Positions 27,001 to 42,000 of a DNA stretch of 64,000 nt are shown here, in pieces. Origin of the DNA: Octopus vulgaris (Eukaryota); NCBI GenBank assembly GCA_951406725.2, contig OX597816.1, forward strand, positions 59,272,001 through 59,336,000, given 5' to 3'. Below the pieces are notes generated by a model. It made no database searches. It saw nothing but the letters and a program-made list of their open reading frames with translations, and had not been told where the DNA came from. The stretch's first letter is position 1. Each line of letters starts with the position of its first letter. A program made the position numbers and the translations under genes.

Positions 27001-30000
27001 TTCAAGATAAATATTGACAATTTAATCTCATCTACAAGGAATAAAAAAATTACAGACATGCACATTGCTCTTCTGAATAACAAAATAAATTTATATATTT
27101 CAACTTACAAGGTCCTGGTTGTCCAGTCTTAGGACGACAGAATAAACAGTGATAGCCAGCATCAGCTGCTCGTTCTGCTTCATCCTCATTCTTTAGGCCA
27201 TCACAACTAGCATGGAGCCATCTAAAAAAAAATCAGATTTTGATAATATACATTTACTGTATCTGCACAAGAGAATAATCACAATAATGAAATCAGTTGA
27301 ATTTAATTAGTTTTTCCTACTTGTGATTTCTACATACCAGATAAGAAAACTGGTTTGCTCACTTCTTCCCTGAAATGGCAATTTGAATCATTCACATTAC
27401 CCTTTTCTTCTCACCTTAAGTAGGGGGAGGGGGTCAATTACAAAAATTTCAGTAATGTCAATTAACATCCAAACTTCAAAACAAACCATTAATGCCAAAA
27501 TTAGTGAATATGTCATCACTGGAACTTTTTGAATGTTTTACAGTCTGCATATACATTTTCTTCAAATCATGTCTTATTTTTACCTCATAGTTTTGGGGAG
27601 CTAACATATTCTGTCTCTTTAAGTGATCTATGCCTCATAGCAGCATGATGTACTTTTATACATGTTGTGTTAAAAGCAAATGTGTCATTGGTCTCTGTCT
27701 TAATTCAGAATCCACATTCATTTAGTGTGAAGTGACCATTACAACTTTAAGACATGAGTTCTCAGTTATGATTCCTTCAGGTAGATTTCAAACTACAGCA
27801 AAAATAAGCAGCTTTTAATTCAAATTGAGAGATACCATCCTCCACTCATCAAAAGCCCTTCTTCATTTGTCTCTTGTGATCACTGAATGCTTTCTTCTAC
27901 AGGAGATCAGCAAAGCAACCCAATTGGTTCCACAATATTCACACTGGATATTGTTGATATCACAAAGCCAGACATACACCTGAATGCTTTGATGATGCAG
28001 ACTTAGGGGTCTCCTAGATGGGGTTCTCACAATGATGAAATTGATGGTGGAGGAACTACGTGATAAGAGTTTTGAATCGGGTGATGTTAAATAGGAATTC
28101 TGGATGCCTTCATTTTCACATAAAGATACAGTAGATCCTATTTACTGAATCTTTCCCTTTCAACTGCCAATCCATGGCAATTCCAATTTCCAATCATATC
28201 TTCCAACACACATTTCTCTCTCTGATTCAAAGCCTCAAATAACTACTTAAAAACTGTGATTTAATTCAACCTTATCAATGATTTTTTTAATTTCAAGAAC
28301 TATTTATCAATTTCAAACATAATGTATATGCCTAAGTACAATCCCTCAGATGTTTACCAACTCTGCAACTTCTGAAGACTTAACCTGTAAGAAACTTGCA
28401 AGTTTGGCCAAAATAGAATTTTTTTGGAACCCTTCTACCAAGCTGCATTACCCACAAGTGATTCAGAGATCTAGGTTTACACAAGTGCAGTTTATTCCTC
28501 CTAACTGCTGTTTCCCTTCTCCTGGCCACACTTGTTCTTTGGTGGGGCAACACCAACTTAACTGGACATAAGTTTAACAGGGAGGAAGATAAGCTCTATA
28601 ACTGACAGGACCCTAGTTTGTCAGCCCCAAGGCAGTTTGCTTGAACAGAATGAGCTCTACAAAGTTCTCCAGAATCAGAATCAACGTTTGTGAAGTAGTA
28701 AGATGCTTGTGTTCCTGATGAACCTCCTAGACTGTTATACTAACTGAATGTTACTTGCTTCACTCAACATTTAAGATACATTTAAGTGAGCCTTAGCAAA
28801 AAATACCAATCCCTAGTTTTGAAACTTAAGGATTATCCAAGGATGATAAAAAGAAGCCTAAGAGGCTTACCAGTTGTACCTCAAGGGATATACCCTATAT
28901 GAAACCCTAGTGATTCTTTCATTCCCTTACATAGTCTAAACAGTGTGATAAGGTAAGGGCTACTGCATCCATGGCTGAAGAGTAAATTGCTGATGTATCA
29001 CTAATTGTACATTTTTCTATCCAAAATATTTGAGATGTTTAGATAATCTGATCATTAACCACAAAATTCTTTACTTCTTTGATAACTCATCTAACTGAAG
29101 TGTTAAGAGAGACCTGTGAGAGTGCATGGCTGTTCTTGTATCTCAACTACAGTGATTATATGGTAATAATGCAAATATCTTGGAGTGATGATTTGATAAA
29201 ATTCCACAAATTTTATTGTTTTTTCTCTTTGTTCTTTATCTTACATAAGGCAAACACTAGTTCATTTCTTTAAAATCTAATTGAAAAATGAAAGAATTGA
29301 ATAACAAAAGTTTATTTTATCTAATTATATCTCTTCAACTTTGTATACATTCAATGAATTCCCTGCAATATCAATGACATTGTCTTGATCATTCAATCCA
29401 GACATGTCAGATACAATAAAATTAGATATAAACTAGAAGAGAAGATGTGCAAAAGAATATTCCAAGATAAATGAATTTTACAATACTTAAAAGTGAAGAT
29501 GCATCTATAGAATTATTGATCAATAATGAATTAACAATTTCTAAATAAATTTTAAAATGTCACAGAACTTACCTATCACACTGTACACACTGTATGACTA
29601 CTTCTTCTTCTTTATAGGCTTTATAACAACAACAACAAGTTGTCCTGCTGGAACACGGTCCACATAAAGTGTAATTATTTTGCCACTGGGACAAAAATCC
29701 AGGTGATGTAGCACCACAGTTAACACACCATACACACCTATAAAAGAATTTTCCATAATTAAAAACAGTTCAATCCAACAATTAAAAATTATTAAAAATG
29801 TAAGGCTTGATTTAAAAAAACATTTAATTATCTAACTTTTTTTTAAAAGTCAAAATAGCACGGAAACTATATTTTTAATTAAACATACCATTTACACTTC
29901 CATGGTCCTTTAGGTACTTGATCCAATGGTGGATCAAGGCAATATATATGATAGCTAATATCACATTCATCGCATAACAGTAAGCGGCCTTCATCATGAG

Positions 30001-33000
30001 GTTTACCACAGCCTTCACACACAGTACAATCCAGGCAACGCCATCCCTTCTGAAGAACAACTTTGGTAACCTAAAATTTATGGAAGTATATTTAGTTTTT
30101 TTAGATAAAACAACAAAAAACCATGAATTTAAAACATGAAAACATGAACAAACATTTTTTTCAAGAGAGAGGTGGGGATCCTTGCTGTTACTCTTCAAAT
30201 AGGAATTTTTTTGTTTGCGACTTTTCCAAGTTTTTGGTTCTGGATTTAAGTCATTTAGTGAATGGAACATTTTTGGATTGATCCTTTTCTCTTGATTAAG
30301 GAATAAAGATTTCTTTCTAGTCTTGTGATCATCATCATTTAACATCAGTTCTCCAAACTAGCATGGGTTGGACAGTTTGACAGGAGTTGGTCAGCTGGAG
30401 AGCTGCCAGAGCTCCATTTGTCTGTTTGGCATGGTTTCTATGGCTGGATGCCCTTCCTGACACCAACCACTTTACTGAGTGTACTGGGCACTTTAAACAT
30501 GGCATCAGCATGGGTGCTTTTATGTGGAACCAGCATCTCTAAGCCCACAAGACTGGGATCTCTTGGCTGAGAGAGGGATGTAGAGGACATGCCAGTATGC
30601 ATGGACAGCCGCAATTTTACTTAGCTTGACGAGTCTTCTCAAGCACAGCAAACTACTAGAAGTCTTGGTCCCTTGTCATCTCCAGTCAGGCCCAACATCT
30701 AAAGATCCTTTCTACCTATGTGTACTACATCTTCCTGGGCTTACTCCTTCCACACACTCCCTCCACCAGTAGAGATTTGCACTTTTTGATGCAGCTGTCC
30801 TCATCCATACACATCATGATACTAATGTGCTCTTCTCTCACACACTACATTTATACCAATTTTTTCTCTAAAATCACTTACACTCTATCATACATACACA
30901 CTGACATTACCCATCCAGCAAAACATGCTAGCTTTGTTTCTTTCAAGCCTCATGTCCTCAGTAGTCACAGCCCATGTCTCACTGCCATGTAACATAGCTT
31001 TCATACACAGGCAGCATACAATCTGCCTTTCACTCAGAGGCCCTTTGTCAGTAAAAATAGTAGTAGTAGTTCTCTGAACTTTGCCCAGCCCATTTGTATT
31101 TCAGAACTACATCCTAAGTAACAGAAACTATCTACTACTTCTAAGGATCCACTCTAACCTGACATTTGAGGAAGTCTTCCTGAACATTCCTCGTGTTGAA
31201 TGTACTTGCATGTCTTCTACATACAAAAACTACTTTCTCTGTTAACCTAAATGTGATACAGCTGCACCTCTTATGTGTACATAGATGTGTACATGGATAC
31301 ACCATATGGAGTTTCTACAAACACTTTTTCTATATATTGAGTAGGGCCATCTCTCTGAAAGGATCAGTGTTTTCCTACTTACAAGGATTTTGGTTTTCGA
31401 TAAATTAACTCCAAGGCCCTCTGATTCCAGACCTTGCTTTCACACCTGAAATTTCTTCTCTAGTTCTGGTAGTTATTCAGCAATAAGAACAAGGTCATCA
31501 GCATACAGGAGCTCCCAAGGGCAGCTGCTCTTAAATTCCTTTATTTTGGCTTGGAGAACTATGATAAACAACGAGCTGAAATCTGATTCTTGATGAACTA
31601 CCTGTGCACTAAATTTCTTGCTATATTCATAGCTGACTTCCACCTTATCGACATGGCTTGCACAGCTCTCACCAACCACTCATCTATACCTAGCTTCTGC
31701 ATTACCTACTAGATACGGGGGCGGGAGACCCTGTCAAAACTTTCACCTGTCAACAAAAGCCAAATGCAGTGGTTTATTTTTAGTTAAGTACTTCTCTTGA
31801 AGTTGCCTTACTAAAAAGGTAGCATCAGTAGTGCTTCTTCTTGGCACAAAACCAAACTGCCTCTTGTCTTGACTAATTCTCCTCATTAATTAAGCTATGG
31901 CATTTTTTGTAACTTTCATCACCTCATTTATTTTTTTTAATACAGTTTTTCTTTTTAAATTCAACACAGCATGCCAGCATGAAATTAGTTAGCATAAAAA
32001 TTACTCATGCCTAGCCAGTTCTTGAAAATTTGATACAATTTCAAAGTAATTCAATAATCTTTATAACAATTCTTTTGATCACCAGTTTGCTTATCTGGTA
32101 TCTTAGCTCTATGGTATGTGTGTGTATGTGTGTATATATATATATCAGCAATTTAATCCATCTAAGACTACTGAGTTTGATATGGCTGATAACTTTAATG
32201 TGACAGCTGTATCAGCTGGATACTACAGTATACATGGTGACTATGGTAATAGTACCAGGTATGAAGAAGGATCATGATTCTTAGGAGAGTTTATAGTAGT
32301 ACATAAGTTGTTCAATGTCTGTTTTCTGTATCTGATAAAAAGAGACTTAGTCATATTCAACATGCCAAAATGGAGGAAGCACGCATTCCATATGGTGCAC
32401 CAAATCTAGGCTATGAGTGCATAAATGGTGTAGTGGGATAACAGAAAGGCTCTAAGGATAGATACTTCATATGTAGTAGATGCACATGATTAGTTAGCAA
32501 TGACAGCACACACAAAATAAATTCTCTCCAGTGTTCAGAATGTTCCACAGAAATGGTTGGTAGTTTTATCAAATAGGTGACCAAATTTATAGTTGAGTAG
32601 GTACACTCTAAAAGCACACTTGTGAAGAGTAAAAAGAGGATGTAAAAAATCTAGGAAGTTACTTCTATTAGCAACAACACTATGAGTAAAGGGAAGATTG
32701 CATGACTCTTATGTACCAAGTACAATGCTGCAAGGCAATGAAATATGGGCACTGAATGTAAATGTGTGAAAACTAAAAAGGAATGAGGCAAACATTCTCT
32801 ACTGGATGTATCATGTTAGTGCAACATGAAAGATGGTAAACTAATTTGCTGAGAGAAAAAAACTAGGTGTAAGAGGAGGAATCAAATGAAGTGAAGATGT
32901 TTCATAGGAAACATTCTATGACATGTTTACAAGCTATTATCAAATTTACAATGTGAATTTAAATGGATCTTCACCGCGCATGACTGCTTATAGAGAAAAA

Positions 33001-36000
33001 GACATGCTATGTGTGCATCTCAGAGAGAGTTGCATGCACTACACTAAATATAGCATCAACTCTGACAGGAATAAGCTGTGAAATAAAAAGAATAGAAAAG
33101 CTATGGCAAGACACTTTCACTCTGTACAAAGCCAAATGCATCAATGTATCTATGTCTCCCCTATGATACTGAATAACTCTATACAACAGAGTTAGAGAAC
33201 AAAGATCTACAAGATCTGATGAAACTGAATTTGTTATCCTGAAGATAGAAAACCAAAAACAGCTGAACACAGAACTCTTGAAGAACTAGGAATAGTTCTA
33301 TACAAATACTAAATAGGATGGTTTAGTAAAATGCTAGACAAGTATATAAAAAGGAAATATTTCTAAGAATTATTTTTTTGAATTTAAAAAAAATGTTCAC
33401 TTACCTTTATATTTACACAATATGGATGATAACACTGACCACATTGAGAGCAAATGATTACTCGGCTCTCTTCTCCAATTCCAATACTCCCACAAGTTTT
33501 ACAAATATCCTAGCAAAAGAACATTTTAAAATATCATCTAGATTTATTATGTAAAGTATTTTGAAATTAGAAATAAAGTTAGATAGACAGAAGGAAACCT
33601 AAATTTTTTATTTTAATTCATGACACACAATAAAACTAATTCTGATAATTTACCAATCATATAGAAATAATTTTTTACATGAACAGTTTAAATTATTTGA
33701 AAAGAATAATGAAGGCTATCAACAGAAAAAGGTGATGGTTGAAAAAAGAGAGTGCTGTGAATGTAGACAGATAAAGGAAAATTCTTAATGGACAATCAAC
33801 TGAAACACCTTTCCAAAGATTGCATTATGTAGAGTAAGATACTTTACAAGTTTCCATGGCAAGAATATTTATGTATATATCTTATTTGATTTTCATAAAA
33901 TGAATTTCAAATTTACCTTGTTTTATTTATTTAATATGCTTGTAATTTTAATTAACCTGTATGAGGAGTGCCAAATTTTATGGATCATTACTGTGTTTGT
34001 ATGTATATTTATTTCATTGTGTAGTTTCTGCAAACATTGTTCAAGTATTTTTGTTCTATTTTACCGTTATGATGCATCTGTTTTATGTGCATTTTAGTTC
34101 AACTGAAAATTCGATCATGCAGCTATATAATCAGTTGTGCATTAGCTAATAATTCATTTTCTATTTAATTAGATTTGCTTTGAGAGAAAGACTAAGCAAC
34201 AGATTTAAGAAATATTTGTTGTTCCAAAAACTAAAAAAGTTACAGTCACTTTATCAAATTAATCTAAATTCATGATTATTTTAGGATTTAACTGAAGCAA
34301 TTTGGGTGTGCTAGGAAAGGGTTAAATCAGACAATTCTTTTTGTTTTCCATTCTTTAATTTTTAGTTTCCAAAACGTTAATCTCTATAATTTCTCTTCTC
34401 TATTGAATGTTTATATTATTGTTAAGTAAACTTTTATTACATCTGCTTAGTCATGCAGAAGTAATAAACTTAACAATATAACCATTTAACAAGGTATGTT
34501 GTTTACTATGAGTCCACAACCAATTTTTTATTTTCTTTTAAAACACAATGCAATGACTATGTATAAATTAGTTTACAAAATTAAAAGTATTAAAAATGTT
34601 ATAAGAAGATTGAAAATAAATAATAAATATTCAATAAAAAGCTGAAACAGAAGTTGGATAAAACTGAATAACGAAAATTATACTTTACAAGAAAAATTAA
34701 CTGAGAGCAAAAAAAATTATTTTTGTTTACCTGCTCTAATACATATTCATCTTTAGAATTGGCAATAACTACAGTAGATGGATGATCATCAATTTCTCCA
34801 TTATCCACTGCTGTAGGATAGAGTGACTGCAAAGGAAAGAATGTTAATTATGTCACCAAAGTAATATGTATAAATAAATACATTTCTCAAAAGATTGCAC
34901 CACAAAAAAGTTGCAATATATTTATATTATTTAGTAATAAAACAAACTTCACATTTAAACCACTTTTTTTATAATGAAAAATTGAAATGTTAAAAATGTT
35001 TAAATCATTACAAATGTCTTAAATTATTATACTCAATAGCATTGTGACATGATAATTTTAGTGAGTAAAATACAAAAGCAATAATGGGAACTTTTCAGTT
35101 TGAACGGCAGTTTTTTAAAATAATTTCCACGTAACTAAACACTTTTAAACTTCATATACTGGTAGAATGTGTTTATAAAACGTCTTTTTCTCTTGGCTTT
35201 ATTGAGAAAATTTTATAGTTTGTAAGCTATTTGTTGTTGTTTTTTCAACCAATCAATGGTGTCTATTGAGGTAAAAACATTCTGTGCCTTATGAATATGT
35301 TCCTCATTTAAGAAACAGATTGGGTTTATTTACATTTCTGAAGAAAAAAGATACCCTTCCCCCCCCACCCCTAACTAACCCTAACCCTAAAACAGATCGA
35401 AATGCAATAGATCGATACTAGGGTCATAATTATGGGTGATAATTTCATATGACACCGCTAGAGAAACCTGCCGTTCAAAACGAAAAGATCCCCAATAATG
35501 TAATAACACGGCATGGTTGTGATAGAATTTTAAGTCACAACTTATAATCAATTATATTTGTCACACGGAAATTAAATTTACACAGATAAAACTAAATAGT
35601 AAAATATGAACCTAAAGCAACTAATAAATTACTATAACACTTTAAATAAAGTGAATTTTTCTTTACAAAATACGAACGTTTTAAGTTGTGTTAAAGAAAA
35701 GACATTTATCATTATTATCCAAAATAAAATTGCTTTCTTCTCTTGGTCAATATCTGAAGTACCATTAATTTTTTTCATACTAGTCATCTCTCTCTCACAT
35801 ACATCTGTCAATGTCTTCAATACCCAACTGCTTCCATAAGTAACTATGGCCAAACTTTCTCGTAAGTTCATACTGCAACTTCAACACACACCCTGTACTT
35901 AATTCGTTCCTCTTTCAATCATTATTTACTGAAAACCACTATTATATCTTTCAAAGATATAATAAATACACTATCATTTTATGAAACATATTTTTAATGA

Positions 36001-39000
36001 AAAATATGTTTAACTAAATTATAATTGAGTGACTACTTTTTAAATATATTGTTGGAAAGATCATGAATGTATTAATTTTTACAATTTATCTCTATGTGTA
36101 GATTTTCTTTTATTTACATATGCATTATTAAATAACAATTTGCTTAACAATAGAAAGAAATTCCTGTTGCGAACTGTAAAGTTAACTGCTGAGTATTTCA
36201 AGTGATCTTATTTAAGTTATGGCTTTTAAAAAGCATATTTCTCAACACATACCTAAACCTTAAAAAAAGTTAATCAAAAGAGAAAATAGCAAAAATTCTG
36301 CATTTATCAAATCATGAAACATTTTAGTTGTATTTACTTGATTCCCAACATTTTGACCAGTCTTCACTTTTGTTCTTGGACCTCGCCTTCTATCTCCAAG
36401 AGATGTAGGACGTTGACGTCGTCTTTCAGCAGCAATTGGACGTCCCTGAATAAAATATGTAAAGTATCATATTAGAATACAATTTTTTTAATATACTCTA
36501 CTAATTCAAAACAGATTAAGAAAAAAATACAAGTCATTTATAAATCAAAGAATATTAATGTTTTTATTTTAAAATAAAAAATTTGTATACTAGAAGTGGA
36601 CTTTCAAACATATTTAACTTCAACTCCAAGCTTGACATTGACAAGAAATTCCACTAAGTAGCCATTGCTATTAAGATATTCTAGTTACGCATAGAGAACC
36701 CATGTTAAAATTTATTAAGCCTATTTAGATGATATAGTATACATATGTATTGACCAAACACATCTTGTAAGAATCATAAAAAAAAATGTGGGGTTTCAAT
36801 TTGTTCAAATAATTTCATCTTAACATCAATAAGGATGAACAGAGTTAATTTTATAAATTGCAAGAATGAAGGTGAAGACATACAATAGTGTGAATCAGAT
36901 GAATGTTTAAGATAAAGATTAGCAGAATGCGAAGAATAAATAAAGTATGAAAACAAAATCCAAAATTTACAAGAGTCAGTATAATGTGTGTATTTGTAAA
37001 TGCTTCTTCATAGACAAAAAATTAGAAGGTTGGCAGTTTTGTAAAAAGTAGCCTAGTTGAGCTAATAAATTAATGAACTGAAGAATAAGAAAATAAAAAG
37101 TATATAACATAATTATTGGATGACTAATTACTAATTGAGTATTACATAAATAAACTAAATTTCCAGTATGAAATAGATTAGACATAACAAAAGTTAGTTT
37201 CAACAATTATTTTAAGAAATACAATATTACACAAGATGTTTTATATATATAAATCTCATCAGTTAAGGTCTAGATCTATTTTTGTATGCTACCATGGATT
37301 GGAGAGGTCTGCAATATAACATTTTGCTATGAATCTCAATCTTGCATCATTTCATTAAGACTGTTCAAACTAAGCATATTTCTACATATCACTGCTTTCA
37401 ACATATCACTGCTTTTAAACCCAACATACATCATCCATTTGCATTACCTGTCTCTGATCCCCAAATAATATTACATCAACTCTACTATTTTAACTCATAC
37501 TCTAATTTTCACAAACCAAAAGTTCTCTAAAGCTTTAATTACAAAACAAATAATCCAAAAATGAGATAATAATAACTTGTTTTTCCTTTCATAGTCGAAA
37601 TCAAATTCATAATATACTTTTATTGTAATTTAAAGAAAACATACTTTTGGCCTTCCAGCACCAATTTTCTTCCTGCCAACAGGATGCATCTTAATTCCTT
37701 TTGGTAAAATGTCAGGCTGCATTTTAGATGCTGTTTTAGTCCATGTTGACCCACTAGTCAAGGAAGTTAATTGCAGTGGAGATCCCTATAATCAATGATT
37801 AAAAGAAATTTATATATACATAGACACACGAAGCCTTAAAAGAAAAGCTTTCTGGAGATCAGCAGAGCATTATGTACAACAATGCTGCCTGGAAGTCTGA
37901 GAGCAACATTAATAAGCAGAGCAGTCTATTGTAAACATGACATTTGTGTCGCCTCTCATTTTAACGAGAGTATACCTTTCTAATTCAGGAGTAAGAAATA
38001 GCTACCAAATATCTCATGTATAAAAAAAGTAGAGATAATAAGTAATGCATCCAGGCACAATAGATGTTGGCAATGTGTTATTAGTCTGGAAGATGTGATC
38101 CACATCTAGTACCTAGCCAAAAATGCCACTGAAGTAATATATCATAGTAAAAACACTATACAATATATTTCAAAGAAGGATAGTTCAAGAGACCAACACA
38201 AAATACTGATGGAATAAATTCAACACCAAATCTACAAAATACAAACATAAATACAGTGGCAATGAAGAGCGACCAAATGCCCTATTATGAAATTTAGTTC
38301 TCCAGCAAATATATATTTCAAAACAAAAAGAGTGTCTGTAGACTATATATATATATATATATAGCCCAATTACTGAACTATAAGAAGGTTTTGTGAACAT
38401 GAGATGAAAATAATTGACTTACAAATTACTAATTCAATCCATCAAATACAGTAATAAATTATGCTAAATGTTGCAGAAATTTAGCTTATAATTTTTAGAA
38501 GTTATTTACTATACAGCTAAGTGACTGACAACACACACTTATACATATCCACACATACTTTTCTAATCTTTCCATAGAATATACTCTGATATCATGCTTT
38601 AAAAAGAACAGCTTACTTGTGTTGCTAATACCTTACTGTTATGCTGAAGGGAGATTACATGAAAGTAAGAAAAGCCAAGAAAACCCAAACAAGAGGTACA
38701 TAGGAAAATGTTTAATAAATTTATAAATTAAGAGAAGGGACAGAGAGAGGTAGGACTTAAGATTATTAAACAGTTAGCAAATAACATATGAAAAGGTGTT
38801 AATGTGAAGAACTAGATGGCTCTAGTACCAGCAAAGGAAATAAATGAGAAAGTACAAAGGAAAAGATAACACCCTAGAATGTAGCACACATCATCATCAT
38901 CATCATCATTTAATGTCCACCTTCCATACTAGCATGGGTTGGACAGTTTGAGAGGAATTGGCCAGGCAGAAACCTGTACCAGACTTCTGTGTCAGTTTTG

Positions 39001-42000
39001 GCAGGATTACAGAAATAGAGACATGAGGAAGAAGGTATGTGCAATGTATGTTGAATGGGTTCAAACATGCACTGGTGAGAGAGGATTATTAATTTATGTA
39101 GCAGCTACATTTAAGTGTAAAGTGTCTATAGAGGAAGTGTTGAACTGGATGTAAAAATGGCATAAAGATGAAAGTACAGTTCTATATTTAAGAGATGAGG
39201 AATTATGCACATTATTTACATTTGACGGATATTTGTCCTCGTTTGTTGTTACAACATTTCGGCTGATGTGCCCTCCAGCCTTCATCAGGTGACTTGGGGA
39301 AATTTCAAACCTGGGTTCTCATTCCTAAAGTATTTTTCGATGTTGTTGTTATTATTATTATTATTATTCAGGTCACTGCCTGGAATCAAACTCAGAGTCT
39401 TGGGGTTAGTAGCCCACACTCTTAACCACTACGTCATATGCCCACGGGCATATGGTCTAGTGGTTAAGAGCACGGGCTACTAACTCCGAGATTCCGAGTT
39501 CAATTCCAGGCAGTGACCTGAATAATAATAATAAAAGATGGGCTACAGCAAATATTCTGCTCAATACCACAGATTTGCTTGTCAGTTGTTTGACCTTAAC
39601 CAGTTGAGCATGTCCCTTAGTGGCTGACGATATGTGCATCTCTGATCACGAGCAGAAGTAGTGGGGGAGCATCATAGCCATGTGTTGAGAGGGATTCTTT
39701 GGGGTTTGAATAATTCACCTCTGGAAACATGGGTGGTTCTTTCAACATCCTTAAACAACCCTTATTCAGGGACCTTTTGAGCAGGATGGGCTACTCAACC
39801 TGAAGAAAATTCTAATTGGACCCCACCTGCAAGGTCATGCGCTGTTTATCTTGATATGAGATCACCATGTCGCGCACATATGGTTGTGATGCATGTGTCT
39901 GGTGTACCCTTATCAGACGGGTAGTCATGATGGGTATATTGGGCTTCGTATATTTTACCCCAGTGTCACTTTGATGGCATGCACTGCTCTCTCACTCAAT
40001 AATAATAATAATAACAACAACAACATCGTAAAATACCTTAGGAATGAAAACCCAGGTTCGAAATTTCCCCAAGACACCTGATGAAGGCTGGAGGGTATAT
40101 CAGCCGAAACGTATTAACAACAAACAAGATGAGGACAAATATCCATCAAATGTAAATAATGAAGATGAAAGTAGTAAAATGTTTTGATACCAAGAAGATA
40201 TATTAAATGGAGAAGACTGATTAGCCTTAACATCAATGGCTAGAGTATAAGCAGATGGAAAAAGTTCAGAGAACTGAATGTCATTCAAATGAATGAAGAG
40301 TATTACTGAAAGGAAAGGAATATGCTGCATATGTAAGAAGGGTCATGATTTATGACATTTCTTACATATGAATAATGAATGTAGAGTGCATAATAAGTTG
40401 GGAAAGAGGGAAGAGAATATTTCAGTAAATGATCAAAGTATTGATGAGAAAGCAGAAGACAAAATATTACAAAAAATGGGGATAGAGTGAATGAAGACTA
40501 TTATGGAGAGAAACAGGATAAGATGAATGTGTTATGTACTGAAAAGTATGATAGTAACTACAGGAGAGGAGTGAGAGAAATGAATGTGGAAAGAAGTAGC
40601 AAAAGAAAACAAAAAGACGAAGGAAATGGGGACAACAGGATTGATGAAAGAGGATGTAGAAGATAGGGAACCCACAAAACTAAAATCTGCTTGAGCAGGA
40701 AAAATTATACCTTCATCTCCCTCTTCTGATTTTTCTTATGCCTAATTTTTCTTTCAACTTTCTCATATGCAATACTGACTTTGCATATCCAGTGGAGCAT
40801 GCTAGCTTCATTTCCTTCTAACCTTTTACATGTCCTCTACATTCACATTTCACTAACATGTAGCATTGCTATTTGTACACAAGCATCATACAATCTACCT
40901 TTCTCCCAGAGAGAGGAGCCTTTTGTTACCAACAACAGTAATATCTCTCTCAACTCTATCTACCCTGTTCATATTTAGTAACTATACTTTTAAAACCTTC
41001 TCCTCCACTGCTAATTAGGTCACTTAGGTAACAGAAACTTTCTACTACGTCTAAAGGATCCTCTTGGGCATTTGAGAAAATCTAATTCCAGTGTGTTCTT
41101 AGTGTTTATTGCTCCTGTACATCTACCATGAACATAGTCTACTATCTCAGTTAATCTTCCAGTGATTTTACTGCACCTTTCATGTGTCCATAGTTTGCAC
41201 TGGATACATCATAAGGAATTACTATCTTTACTTTTTCTACCTATCAACCAGGATTATTTTCTTGAAGGGATGAGCAGACTGTTTTCCGACTCACTAGGAT
41301 TTTGAGCTTTCTGAGTTAACTCTAAGGCCCTTTGTTTCAAGGTTTTGCTTCCACACCAGCAATTTCTTTTCTAATTTTACAACAAATTCAGTTATAAGAG
41401 CAAGGTCATCAGCAGAGAGGAGTTCTCACAGGCAACCAATCTTAAACTCTTTTGTTACAGCCTGAAGGACACTAATAAATAGGAGGAGTCCAAGAGACAA
41501 GAACTCTCATCTTGCTGACAACACCCTTGAACATGTCTTGGAAGGCTAACAACATTCATTCATCTACTGCTAGCTTCTGCAGCAATCACTAGATCAAAGA
41601 GTGGAGAACCTTGTCCAAAGCTTTCTCCTGGTCAACAAAAACCAAATACGACAGTTCACTTTTGCCTGGAATTGCCTTACTAGGAAGAGAATATTAGTGG
41701 AATTCATCTCTGGTATGAAACTGAACTGCATCCCATCTAGTCAAGTCCTTTTCCTTGAAGTTGAACATTAACTCTTTCTGTAAGTTTCAAGACCTGGTCC
41801 AGCAATTTGATACAACTCTAATTACTCGTCTCTAAGGCATTACCTTTAACTTTGTAGCAGTTGACTATAATGTTGCTTTACCAGTCATTAACTATACAGG
41901 TGACTGGTAAGAATCACTAATATACTAATTATCCCTGGCAGCATATGTGCTTCTCCCTTAACTTATCAGAAATTACTGGGCTGGTGACAATCCTTTTAGG

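Larger units (their letters stand above)
39177..40161. mobile_element. Fold-back tRNA-head/Penelope-tail element with hammerhead motifs in both arms (copy A)
   Basis: TSD aagatgaaagta (39165-39176, 40162-40173); palindromic centre catatgccc-ac-gggcatatg; CTGATGA..GAAA motifs at 39250-39293(-) and 40073-40118(+). Confidence 0.85.

Noticed and set aside
27500-28350. Possible mariner-like remnant
   Set aside because: Too degenerate to define ends or motifs with confidence.
28710-28750. CTGATGA as another hammerhead
   Set aside because: No stem II or GAAA box follows.
29875-30345. 156-aa minus-strand ORF
   Set aside because: Out-of-frame overlap of the real PHD exon plus intron sequence.
39370-39520. 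Pair of divergent tRNA genes
   Set aside because: Acceptor stems are imperfect and both lie within a TSD-bounded repeat present twice in the window; treated as tRNA-derived heads.
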